Shown here: positions 46,424 through 58,302 of the stretch, piece by piece
Position numbering within the stretch: position 1 is the stretch's first letter
How the letters are laid out: each line of letters starts with the position of its first letter
Assembly: GCA_012295275.1 (NCBI GenBank)
Contig: CM022667.1
Span: 5,828,001-5,892,000 of the forward strand
Direction: 5' to 3'
DNA from: Chrysomallon squamiferum
Lineage: Eukaryota; Animalia; Mollusca
Length of the DNA stretch: 64,000 nucleotides
The notes under the pieces: generated by a model
What the model saw: only the letters and a program-made list of their open reading frames with translations
What the model was told of the DNA's origin: nothing
The model's database searches: none
Position numbers and translations under genes: made by a program

Positions 46424-49400
46424 TTTCTTTTCATTTTCTTTTTATAAGGTTTCCCTCTTTTTTCTTAGTTACAAGTTAAAAAGTTTTTTTGCATAGATAA
46501 AAGTTAAAAAGAAGAAAACAATGGAAGAAACGTGGAAAAAATAAACAATTCAACAGGAAAATGGTGACAAAAGATTCAATTCTAAAAGATTTATTAAAAT
46601 GAAATACATTCAGAAACATAATGTAAACACATTTATAATAGTTTTACTTATTTTAAAGTTTTTATATTATCTGAGATATGTAATTGTAATAATGATCAGT
46701 TTACCTACTTGAAAACATAGATAATTAATAAATGAATAAATGAATGAATAAATAAATATAGACTGGTTATATTAAAAAGATAAAAAAAGACACAGAAATA
46801 AAAATACCAAACACGAACTTATAACAATTTTTAAATTCAAATGTCATCCTGTTAGCTCAGTAATTCTTCATCAAAATAAATCAGTTCAACTGTTGGAGAC
46901 TTGTAAAAAGTGCTTTACCAGAATTGTCTATCAAACATAATTTTTATTTTCAGTAATTGTTTATTTGTTACAGATCATGCTTTAGTAATATCTTTGACTT
47001 TAGACTCAGTCTACAAAGATAACAGTCGATAAATTAAATTTATTATATGTTAATCACTTTTAAATGTAAATAATTTAAAAGTGACTTATGCTTTATTTCA
47101 GGCTGTATGAACAGCCAACAATGCATGCGTACATACATACATACATACATAAACAATTATTTTCAGGTTGTGTTCACATGATATTTATTACACTATTTCA
47201 GTCTGACATTACACAGGAGAATTTCAGTTGTTATCTTATAGACTCTGGTTCTAACTACATTGTCTCTAGAACATTCTTCATCAATTCATTAACTGCATAT
47301 GCTTTTCCTTCAAGGACTTCATTTTTTGGTTTTTTATAAACATGATTAATTTCAGTTGATTAATTTCAATCAGTTGAGTCCTTTTCTTTCAAATTTGCTT
47401 CACTGTCTGACATCCACATACTTCTGTATCTGCTAAAATTCAACACTGGTGTTTAGAGTTAAAACAACAAGAATCTCACCTGAATTCAGAGTCTCCTTCA
47501 AAGTATTGGTTTGGTTTTTTATACAGAAATACAATCTGTGAAAAGTAAAACTGTTTTCTGCTTTTTAAAATAAATACATATACTTTCAGGAGAACTTTAA
47601 AATTGTTTTTAAACATATCATGTTACATAAAATTTAATGATTTGTTAACAACCCAATATGAATGGTTAAAACTACTGAATGAGCAAAAATATTCGTTACT
47701 TAATGTTGAAATGTATTTAACAAAATACTTTGCAGTGCTTTTACTTGTTGCAGATCAGACTTCAATAACTTCTTTCACTTTAAACTCAAAGACAACAAAG
47801 ATAACAGTTGATGAACTGACTCCTATGTCTCTGAGATGTGAAGTTGACAGTAATCCAGCATCTCACATCAAACTGTTAAACAACTCACACATTCTACGTG
47901 AAGTGAAAAACTCCAAGTCAGTGGAGTACAGCTGGAATGAAGCTGGATGTCTGGATACAGGATTTTACACTTGTGAAGCAGGAAACAACATCAAGTCTGA
48001 TGTCAGTCAAAGTGTGCACCTTAACGTTACATGTATGTTATTTAATTTTCTTTCATTTATTAGATGTTTTTGCACTTATGTAGACTGTGACATGTAATTT
48101 AATTGAATTATTATTTTGAAATAACTGATATATATATTCCATCATTTGTTCTGATCAGTGTGTCCAGTGGAAATACACTGTGTATCACAAGTTGAAGTTT
48201 GGATTATAGTGAATATCTTCTGAACCTGTGACAAAGATAGATAATCTTGTCTTTGTTTAACATAAAACCTGATCGATTGTGAACCTGTGGTTCATTTGTG
48301 TATACTAAGTACACATACTTTATTAGAGTACTAATTGCTATATGTATATAATCTTCAGATTATCTAGTTTCTAGATGTGAGATAACGACAGCAATTAAAT
48401 AAATATGGATTAATAATTATAATCATCAAATAAACTGCCTTCAACTGGAGAACTATGCATATAAATAAAGTTCTGTTTGACCATGCATTTACTAGAAAAT
48501 TATGAAATTTTAACACCAGTTTTAAATTTTATAGTTACATTAATTAGCAGCGAAGATGTGACAAGTTTAGTGTGACAAACCAACAGAACTATAAAATTTG
48601 TCCTCCCTACTTGGAAGCTTTCTTCTTTGTTTCTGTGGTTCACCAGTGTCCATAGGAATCTATGGGCTTTGGTATTTAAATTCAAGTTCTGGTTCAGAAA
48701 ATGACAAGGTAGCAGCTACACATGATAGCATCCCGTTTGATGAACACAGAGGTCATGTGAGAAGAATTTGAAACTTTGGCTTTAATAAACATTTAATAGT
48801 GTGATGTGGTAAAATACTTTTCATGTATACTTAAACTTATATTAACACAATAACTTGATTCTCCCAAAATCGATTGTTTCTTTAATTATTTTAACTGAGG
48901 TTTCCTCAAAACTTTATTTTATTTTATGTTAATAAATAACTCAAACTCATTTTGGTTGATGTGTTTTATATATAAATATATATATATATTATTTTATTTT
49001 TTTACTATTACAATTTAAAATGTACTAATCCCTCTCAGAGTGTTCTAAACTCCTGGACATGATAAGAAACCTTTTTGCATTGGCAACATGATAGAAAGGA
49101 AAAACAAGAACTGAACTTTAGGTCTGAGATAATGAATAATAAAGGAAGAAAACATTACGTTAATTAACTCATCAGGAGTAAGACTGAATAAAATAGTTAA
49201 ATCTTCAGTAATTTTGTTTTTCAGGTTCACCAAGACTGGATCATCGAGTTACCTTTCAGGATAAATTTGCTGCTGTAGAAGGTGGAAATGTAACTCTACA
49301 CATTTCTGTGATTGCCAATCCAGTTCCAACATTTACCTGGTATAAACTCACAGATGTAAACAATAAAAGTCTTGGATCTACACAACCTGCATTCACTACG

Positions 49401-50519
49401 AATGTGTCTGCTGTAGGTGAATATAAACTGACAAATGTCAAACAAGAAGATTTTGGAATCTATCAGGTTGTTGTGTCAAATGGGGAAAAAAGAACAGATC
49501 TTGTTGTAAAAATAAATCTTACTGCAGAAGGTAAAAACATCAAACTGATCCATTGAAATTATTATTATTATTATTATGATTATTATTTAACTCCTAATGA
49601 TCAAAGATAATACTAATGGAAAAGTTACTGGTAACTATAGATACAGCTATGAGAAATACTCTTATAGATTTATCCAATTTTCTTTTTTCAAGTAATAAAA
49701 TCAGCAAATATTCATTGTTCAGTTTCAGAGTAACCTTTTGCTGCTAGTTGAAAATTATAGCATTTTGGATACATTTCAAAACTTTAAGTTCTCCTAGTGT
49801 TCCTTCTCATATGAGAATTTTAAGAAAAGATTTTACTGTTTATGAAAGTAGACAATAAATGTAGTTGATATATTTAAAGACAGATCACGACTTATGCTAT
49901 TTATCCATGTTGTTACATTCTAAACTTGTACTCAATTACAGTTGAAAAACATCCATTATTTATAATCTTTGAGTATTTTCAACAAACCAGTGATAAAATG
50001 TTTAATTTGAAGGTCCTCCAACTGTTCCCTCTGATGTGAGAACTTGGATCACAGGTCCACATTCAGTGTCAGTGTCTTGGACAGAAGAATTTAATGGAGG
50101 ATCACAACAAACATTTCTTGTACAATATCGAGCAGACACAACATCAGAGTGGAGAAATCTCACTGAACAGTTTGGTGAAAAAGGTCTTCACACAAATCAC
50201 ACAGCAGAGATTTCTAGTTTACAACCAAACACCAGATATCTGATTCGAGTTTTGGCTTTTAACAAATTTGGATTCCAACACTTTACAAAGGAACAGGAAA
50301 TATTGACAGAGGGTAAAAATATTAAAATAAAATGTTCCTTTAGATATTTTACACATAAAGAATTAACAAATTTAACAATGGTATATTGCAGCAAGAAATA
50401 TAAAGTTAAAGTGTTATCATGCATAATACACCTGATTAAACCTTAAAGTAAGATATTAACTGAGTAGAAGTTATACAGCCAAATAATAATGCAAAATAAT
50501 AATAATAATAATAATAATC

Positions 50520-50557
<38 letters not shown>

Positions 50558-52530
50558 AATAAATAAATAAATATTAAATAAATAAATAATTAAATAAATA
50601 ATCAAAATAAAGAAAGGAACAGAATACAAGTATGAAAAAAATAAAAATAATCTGGTGGTATAGGAAGCATTAAGTATTATCATAGTTGATGAGTCATTTG
50701 TTAGTGTTCTGAATTAGAATTTAGAAATGTTGAGCTATAAATATCAAAACATAAAACATAAAAAATAAAGAACAAGACAAAAAGTCTTCTTTAAAGTTTT
50801 ATTATTATGAGGTTTTTGTTTTTCTAAATGTTATAATTCTGCATGCTACTTTTCATTTTCAGAAAATACATCAGAAATGTGGGTGTGAACTGTTTATTTA
50901 AATTTTACTTGTTTGTTTTCCTATATTAGCAAGTATAGCAGAAAATAACAGACTACTTCAAAAAGGGATTGGTATTGGGATTGGAATAACACTGACTGCC
51001 ATTCTACTTTTAGGAGCTGGTTTTATATTTTACCGCAGGTTTAATAAAGGTAAAATGTATGATCCAATGTCTTACCTGAAAAAGTCTTAGAAAAAAAAAT
51101 AATACTAATTTCTTTGTCAGAAGTGTTAATATAATTCTTTTATAATTTTTTTTTTTTTTTTTCATAAATTTCATTATTTTTCTTTGGTATATTTTTTTGG
51201 TTTTCTTTTATTTAATTATTACTTCTCTTTTTTTTTCATTATTATTATTATTATTATCATCATCATCATCATTCAGTATAGTTACATAATTAAAATAAAA
51301 TGCTGAAATGTGTAATATTTAATGAAATAGTGTTACACATAGCTGTTGATGACAACAGTGTCGTTGTAAGGGACTGATTATGTAATTAAATTCATTTCAT
51401 CTGTTTTTTCCTAACTTTCATATTTCTGTTTTATTTTATTTTAGAAAAGTCTACAGCTAAGGCTGACCACATATACACACACAGGTAATTAATTATATGT
51501 GTGTGTGCGAGTATATACATACATTCATACATATACATATATACACATTAATATAATCATGAAAGTTTAGTTAAATAAAAGAGAAAGTTCAGTTAAATAA
51601 AAGAGAAAGTTCATGGTGATTTGCTATAAGTGATTTCGTTAGTATTGAAAATAATTAAACCGTGTGTGTGTGTGTGTGTGTGAGTGTGAGAGAGAGAGAG
51701 AGAGAGGCTCTTTAAACTCTTTCTGTTTGTTTGTTTCAGACAGTTTAACACTGGAGTACAGGAATCATCTCTCTACGACGATCTTCAGCAAAATCAAGGT
51801 TAGTTTCCTGTTACCTTTTAGTGGTTGTTTTCTTTTTATGTTGGAGGACAGAATCAGTGAGTAGAATATTTAATAAAAATATTTAATTCAAACAGAAATT
51901 TAAACACATTGCCTCAAGTAGTTTATCACTATTTAACTGAAACAGCTTAAACTCCATTTATAAATAGTTTAAATGAACTAATTTATTTATTTTATTTTTT
52001 TAAATAATGACTGTAAATTCTCATGTGAATGTGAAAACAAATATAACTAATATTAAAAAGAAATGTTTAAATTTGATTACACACTGACAGAATGATGTAC
52101 AAATATACAGCTAATTATTTATTTTCATGTTTAGTGGTTTGCAATGATTACTACTGTTCCTGTCACCAGTACTATAACTATTACTAGTGTTACTATTACT
52201 GTTACAACTAGTGCTACTAACACATACTACTAGTAATGCTACTACTGCCATAAAGACTACTCTTACTACTGTTAGTACTACTACTACTGTTAGTAAATTT
52301 AAACACTTGTGTTTTGGCTGCCATCTTGTACACCACTAATAATAATACTCCAACTACTGATGCTATTATTATTCCTGTACAACTATTACATTTTGGATTA
52401 TTTTTCAGATTCTGAGAGAAACACAGATACTACAAACAATTACTCATCACTGGAAGCTAGAAAAGACTCACCATACTCTGTACTCACTGTCTATGAAAAC
52501 ACAAAAGTCAATAATACCAATGCAACATAG
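39428..52530 (+). CDS. Gene C: complete type-I IgSF receptor, 720 aa (SP - V-like Ig - 4 Ig - FN3 - TM - ITIM/ITAM-like tail); exons 39428-39494, 40708-41067, 44320-44574, 45981-46235, 47754-48032, 49225-49530, 50013-50312, 50930-51049, 51445-51484, 51740-51798, 52409-52530
   Basis: All introns are GT-AG with compatible phases; exon lengths sum to 2163 nt (720 aa + stop) with no internal stop; 5 Ig + FN3 ectodomain as in sidestep/nephrin-like IgSF proteins. Confidence 0.9.
40708..41067 (+). CDS. Gene C exon 2, N-terminal V-like Ig domain
   Basis: ttacag|ATTGT ... AGCA|gtaagt; 360 nt; FTLTC...YSLTINKASDQDVADWFC plus an extra Cys pair. Confidence 0.9.
44320..44574 (+). CDS. Gene C exon 3, Ig domain (GPDSVEL...VNCVAVCKPPCLFSW...YTCTVTN)
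   Basis: 255 nt, phase 1-1, canonical sites. Confidence 0.9.
45981..46235 (+). CDS. Gene C exon 4, Ig domain
   Basis: 255 nt, phase 1-1; similar in length and Cys pattern to exon 3. Confidence 0.9.
46974..47036 (+). pseudogene. Decayed fragment of the 5' end of the exon-5-type Ig exon
   Basis: ttgttacag|atcatgctttagtaatatctttgactttagactcagtctacaaagataacagtcgataa aligns with 28592-28655 and 47754-47817. Confidence 0.6.
47754..48032 (+). CDS. Gene C exon 5, Ig domain
   Basis: 279 nt, phase 1-1; CEVDSNP...DTGFYTC. Confidence 0.9.
49225..49530 (+). CDS. Gene C exon 6, I-set-like Ig domain lacking the canonical disulfide
   Basis: 306 nt; CSPRLDHR...VIANPVPTFTWYK...EDFGIYQVVVSN. Confidence 0.9.
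50013..50312 (+). CDS. Gene C exon 7, FN3 domain
   Basis: 300 nt; VSW...NGG...FLVQYR...LQPNTRYLIRVLAFN. Confidence 0.9.
50930..51049 (+). CDS. Gene C exon 8, TM ASIAENNRLLQKGIGIGIGITLTAILLLGAGFIFYRRFNK
   Basis: 120 nt, phase 1-1, same length as the gene B TM exon; basic stop-transfer RR. Confidence 0.85.
51445..52530 (+). CDS. Gene C cytoplasmic exons 51445-51484, 51740-51798, 52409-52530
   Basis: EKSTAKADHIYTHR / QFNTGVQESSLYDDLQQNQ / DSERNTDTTNNYSSLEARKDSPYSVLTVYENTKVNNTNAT*. Confidence 0.85.
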
Positions 52531-52616
52531 ATATGTCTCTTTCTTTTATATAAAATATTATAAAATTATTTATTAATTCATTGACTGACAGATGTATGGG
52601 ATTTACTGATTTGTGA

Positions 52617-52647
<31 letters not shown>

Positions 52648-52813
52648 TGAGAGAAAGGACAAGACATTTCATACATTGCACTTTAGAACTGTTTATATTC
52701 TGTTTTTATATTTCAGTATTGTTTTAGAATATTTATCATTGAATCTGATCACTGAACTTGATAAACAGCGTATTTGTGAGAAAGGAAACAGCTCTGTTAG
52801 AGATAAACAGACA

Positions 52814-53301
52814 TCTTATTTCAGACTTCTTTTCTTCTTATATTAAATCTCTTATTTCAAACTTCAATTTCTTCTTATAATAATTAGCTTATTTCAGACT
52901 TCTTTTCTTCTTATATTAAATCTCTTATTTCAAACTTCAATTTCTTCTTATAATAATTAGCTTATTTCGGACTTCTATTTCTTCTTATAATAATTAGCTT
53001 ATTTCAGACTTCTATTTCTTCTTATAATCAATCTCTTATTTCAAACTTCTATTTCTTCTTAAAATAATTATCTTATTTCAGACTTCTATTTCTTCTTATA
53101 ATAATTAGCTTATTTCAGACTTCTATTTCTTCTTATAATAATTTTATTATTTCAGACTTCTATTTCTTCTTATAATAATTATCTTATTTCAGACTTCTAT
53201 TTCTTCTTATAATCAATCTCTTATTTCAAACTTCTATTTCTTCTTAAAATAATTATCTTATTTCAGACTTCTATTTCATCTTATAATAATTAGCTTATTT
53301 C
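52814..53301. repeat. Minisatellite, ~13 copies of a 35-38 bp unit (cttatttcagacttctatttcttcttataataattag)
   Basis: Directly visible tandem units with variant sub-types. Confidence 0.95.
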
Positions 53302-53345
53302 TGAATAAGAAAACTGAACAAATGACATTTGAAACTGGAAGTAAT

Positions 53346-53349
<4 letters not shown>

Positions 53350-53429
<80 letters not shown>
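53350..53429. repeat. (CT)n microsatellite
   Basis: Directly visible. Confidence 0.95.
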
Positions 53430-53431
<2 letters not shown>

Positions 53432-54232
53432 GTATACAGTGTAATATATTATTATGATATATAAGATTATGAACTTGCAATATAATAATTCCTAAAATAG
53501 TTAAGGATTTGTAAAAGAATTAAATTCAATATTTAACAAATAAAAAGAATATTGATAATCTGGTAAATGCACCTGAATAAATAAATTTATAAGAAAATAA
53601 CAGTAAATAAATAAATATATATTATAAACATGCGCACACACACATGCAAACATCACTTTACTTTAGAACTTGCTTTAAAACATATTTTAGAAGAAATTGC
53701 TTTATGGTCTTTCATTCTGATATATTTGTACAAGTGATTGATATTGTTAAAGTTTTGTGATGTGTTAGATACGATATTCCGACTACTTAAGCTTGCAAAA
53801 TAAAGAAAATAACACAATCGCAAGAAAATAATATAAATACAATACATTAACTTATACCTATTATACAAATCATATGTTTCATATTCCTACAAAAATTAGT
53901 TAGCTGTGTTCATTTTGAACTTGAACTGTTAATTGTTGTAAATTATCAGATAATTATTATATTTCATTTGCAACTGGTATTCGGTGACAATAAACATAAT
54001 TTTCAAGTACTAAAAATGATGCATGGAATAAATCCAAATCATTGTAACATTTTGTAAAAAAAAAAAATGTCTTTGAACCAAAACCTTTAAATGATTATAA
54101 ATAACACTTAACATATTAGTTGATAAATAAACCTTTTTAAATAAACCTTTTTGAAAAAATAAAATTTATCTGAAATGAAACTGCAAAGTGTAACATTAAG
54201 TAAAAGCCAAAAAACAAAATAAATAAAAAAAA

Positions 54233-54263
<31 letters not shown>

Positions 54264-54407
54264 AAATAAATGTATTTGTTTCTTCTCAATAATTAAATAA
54301 ATAAACCGAACTCAAATATATTACATCAAAGAATAATAACAACAGCAAAAGTTTTAAATATTACACATTAATTAAAGCCAATCAGCCAGAAGATTTATCT
54401 AAGGAAA

Positions 54408-54466
<59 letters not shown>

Positions 54467-55094
54467 TTCGGCATTTTACATCGTTTTGCTCACTGTTCCT
54501 TCAAGCTATGTTTGTAGACAAAGAAACTTGCAATTAGATTGCAATTGATACAGAATAAATAAACAGCAGTTAACTTAAAACCGGACACACAAAATATTTA
54601 TTTTCTGGTAGCTGATATCCTGTTTCCCTTTGTCGGACTCGACCGAATATTGCCTAACCACATTATTAAAATAAAAACTATAAAATCAAAGACAAAATTA
54701 GAATATACTCCTCGAGCCAACTGTGATAAATCACTGTTTAGAAAAAGCTATAATGTAAATAAATAAATGTAAAAAAAAAATGTAGTAGATGCGTTATGTT
54801 AATTAAAAAATTCGGTTAGGATCCATTTCACAGTAAAATCTGCTAAATAATATTAATAAATACCATTATCATTCTCATTTTGAATATTACATAAATTATT
54901 TCGTTTTTATTGCAAAGATTTTGTTTTATTAATTAAATATATTTATAAAACAACAACGTGTTCTAAATGTATTTATAAAACAACAACGTGTTCTAAATGT
55001 CAAATCAATAATAATAATAATAATAAACAAATGAAAACTAAAATTATGTCCCTTTACATAACCAGAGTTCGGTGAATCGTAGTTTGGCGAATTC

Positions 55095-55529
55095 AAGACG
55101 AGCAAGCTGATTGGTCTACGTAATCAGACCACTGTATATACTTCCTGGTACTTTTATCGTCATAGCATCAAGATAAACACAGTACCGGTTTGGTGAGAAA
55201 CTGGTTATATCTCCCAACACACAACTGATCATCTGCATTTTTTTTCTTCAGATTTCTGAGGACATATAATCTTAATAGTATACAGAATTTGTGTGTGTGT
55301 GTTTGTGTTTTAACAACAACAACAAAAAAACAAGTATTATGTGCTGGAATCTTAAATTCACATAAATCTAACGTATATTTGAAGTTATGTTTTTTACATA
55401 TAATTATCATATAGAAGGAAGATCTAATTGTATGGTATTTCAAAGCACGTTTCGTGCTTTTTATTGCTATTGTTTCGTTCCATTAATTAAATATATCTAT
55501 AAAACAATAATGTGGATTAAAATTCAAAA

Positions 55530-55587
<58 letters not shown>

Positions 55588-55596
55588 TAATTAATT

Positions 55597-55635
<39 letters not shown>

Positions 55636-56993
55636 CCCTTTAAATCAAAATATTCGGCGAATTCAACAGTTAGGCGAACTGACGAGAATTCATCGTGTTA
55701 AACAAGGTCAACACGACCAAGCTGATTGGTCTACGTGATCAGACCACTGTTTGCACTTCCTAGTACGTTTATCGTCATAGCATCAAGATAAACAGTGTAC
55801 CGGTTTGGTCACAATAGCATATACACATTTTTCTTTTTCTTTTTTCTTTCTTTATTTATTTTTCTTTCTTTATTTATTTACTTACATTACAGTTTATTTT
55901 TTTCCTTATACATACCTATCCTATAAAAGAACGACAACTTGTATACGATCTAATAAGATCTATTATATATCAGTAAATAGACTGACATGAAATTAATTTA
56001 TTATTTCTATAAATAACGTTAAATGACTGCTCTGTGTTACTTACATATTTATTGAGACCATACACTCACACATTTCGACCTCTCTCTCACTGTCTTCATA
56101 TATATATATATATATATAATTATTAATCCTTAGTTTGATAGATATTTACATAAGAATTACACAGAAAAGGTGTGTTTGTGTATGTATCATTTATTGATTC
56201 CATTTATTAAACTGATTGTCAAAGAATGATATGTGCACTGAATTTGTTATATTTGTTCTAAACAAAACAAAAGAAAACACAGACCACTTTATTACTTTAT
56301 TAATCATGACAATTTTTATAAATAATATATCACAGACAGCCTTATAAATGTATAAAAATATTACTTTTAAAGTAAATCTGAATATTAATAGATCAAACAT
56401 GAGAAATAAAGTTTGTTACACATATATGCAAATACTTATTTATGTAGTGTGTATGAGTGTGTGTCTGTGTTTGTTTCAAATAAAACATTCATGAGAAATA
56501 AAACTTGTTACATATAGATGTTAATACTTATTTATGTAGTGTGTATATAGAGCTAAACTGTTTTCTTTTTCTAAATGTGAAAATATGATCACACAGAACA
56601 TAAACATGTGTAAAATTAACAGTTTCTGAACAAAGGTTAGCACTGATTCGAAAACATTTCCTGCACTGTTTAATGTGTGAATTAATGTTCTTTGCAATTT
56701 TGAAGAGTTTTAGTACGTGTTTTCTAAATATAATTTTCCTCTGATATTAAAAAAAAAAAAAAAAAAAAAAAAATACCAAGCTGATTGATCTACGTGATCA
56801 GACCACTGTTTATACTTCCTGGTACTTTTATCGTCATAGCGTCAAGATAAACACAGCACCGGTTTGGTGAGAAACTGGTTTTAGCTGCTAACCCACTATT
56901 GATCGTCTGCAGTTTTCTTTTCATATCCCTTAATAGTCACGATAGCGTATACATATTTTACTTTTTTTTATATTTTTTTTTTATTTATTTATT

Positions 56994-57045
<52 letters not shown>

Positions 57046-58136
57046 TAATTAATTAATTAATTAATAAATTCACATGAATATAACTTACATTTCAGTTTAT
57101 TTTTTCCTTATACATACTTATCATATAGAAAGAAGAACAACTTGTATAAGATCTAATAACATCTATTATATATCTATAAATAGTTTAACATGAAATTCAT
57201 TTAGTTTCAACGCCCAAGCCATCTAGTTACTGCATGAAGTTTTATAACAACAGTTCTGTAATGTTCACTTGTTGCCACAACTTTTAAAATTTTATTTCCT
57301 TGACTCATTTTGTTTGGAAAAGTGCCAATGAGTAAATAACGTTAAGTGACAGCTCTGTGTTACTTATATATTTATTGAGACCATACACCCACACATTTAT
57401 GCCTCTCTCTCTCTCTCTCTCTGCATATATAGTTATTAATCATTACACAGATATTGACATAAGAATTACACAGAAAAGGTGTGTTTGTGTATGTGTCATT
57501 TATTGATTCCATTTATTAAATTGATTGTCAAAGAATCATATCTGCACTGAATTTGTTATATTTGTTCTAAACAAAACAAAACACAGACCACTTTATTACT
57601 TTATTAATCTCTCGTGACAATTGTTATAAATTATAAAGAACATATAAATTGCATTCTATCACAGACAGGCTTATAAATATATAAAAATATTACTTATGTA
57701 AGTAAATCTGAATATTAATAGACCAAACATTTGTCATGTTACTTTTTGATTACTAATGTTTATATTCAAAACTGGCACATTAAAGATATATATGCTGTGT
57801 ATATGTGTCTGTCTGTATTTCAAATAAAACAAAATGAGAAATAAAGTATGTTACACATATATGCAAATACTTATTTATGCAGTGCGTGTGTGTGTGTGTG
57901 TGTGTATCAAATAAAACATTCATGAGAAATAAAACTTGTTACATATAGATGTTAATACTTATTTATGTAGTGTGTATATAGAACTAAGCTGTTTCCTTTT
58001 TCTAAATATGAAATTATATTACAGAGCATAAACATGTCATGTAAAATTAAGTTTCTGAACAAAGGTTAGCACTGATTTGAAAACATTTCCTGCACTGTTT
58101 AATGTGTGAATTAATTTTCTTTCCAGTTTCAAGTTT

Positions 58137-58140
<4 letters not shown>
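55095..58140. repeat. Three-copy degenerate local tandem duplication (units begin ~55103, ~55718, ~56777)
   Basis: caagctgattg.tctacgt.atcagaccactgt...acttcct.gtac.tttatcgtcatagc.tcaagataaaca three times; 55870-56700 also aligns with 57080-58130. Confidence 0.85.
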
Positions 58141-58223
<83 letters not shown>

Positions 58224-58302
58224 GTCCTTAGACCAAATATCTGTCAGTTTCAGAAAGTTGTTAGATCAGTGTCTAAAATTAGAAATGTGAATACAACCAG
58301 TG

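Noticed and set aside
39428-52530. Naming gene C as sidestep, nephrin, CD22 or Alr, or gene A as CD47 or CD3
   Set aside because: Only architecture or motif resemblance; orthology cannot be shown without phylogenetic analysis
52814-53301. CRISPR-like array
   Set aside because: Eukaryotic context, contiguous units with no unique spacers, no cas genes; an ordinary minisatellite
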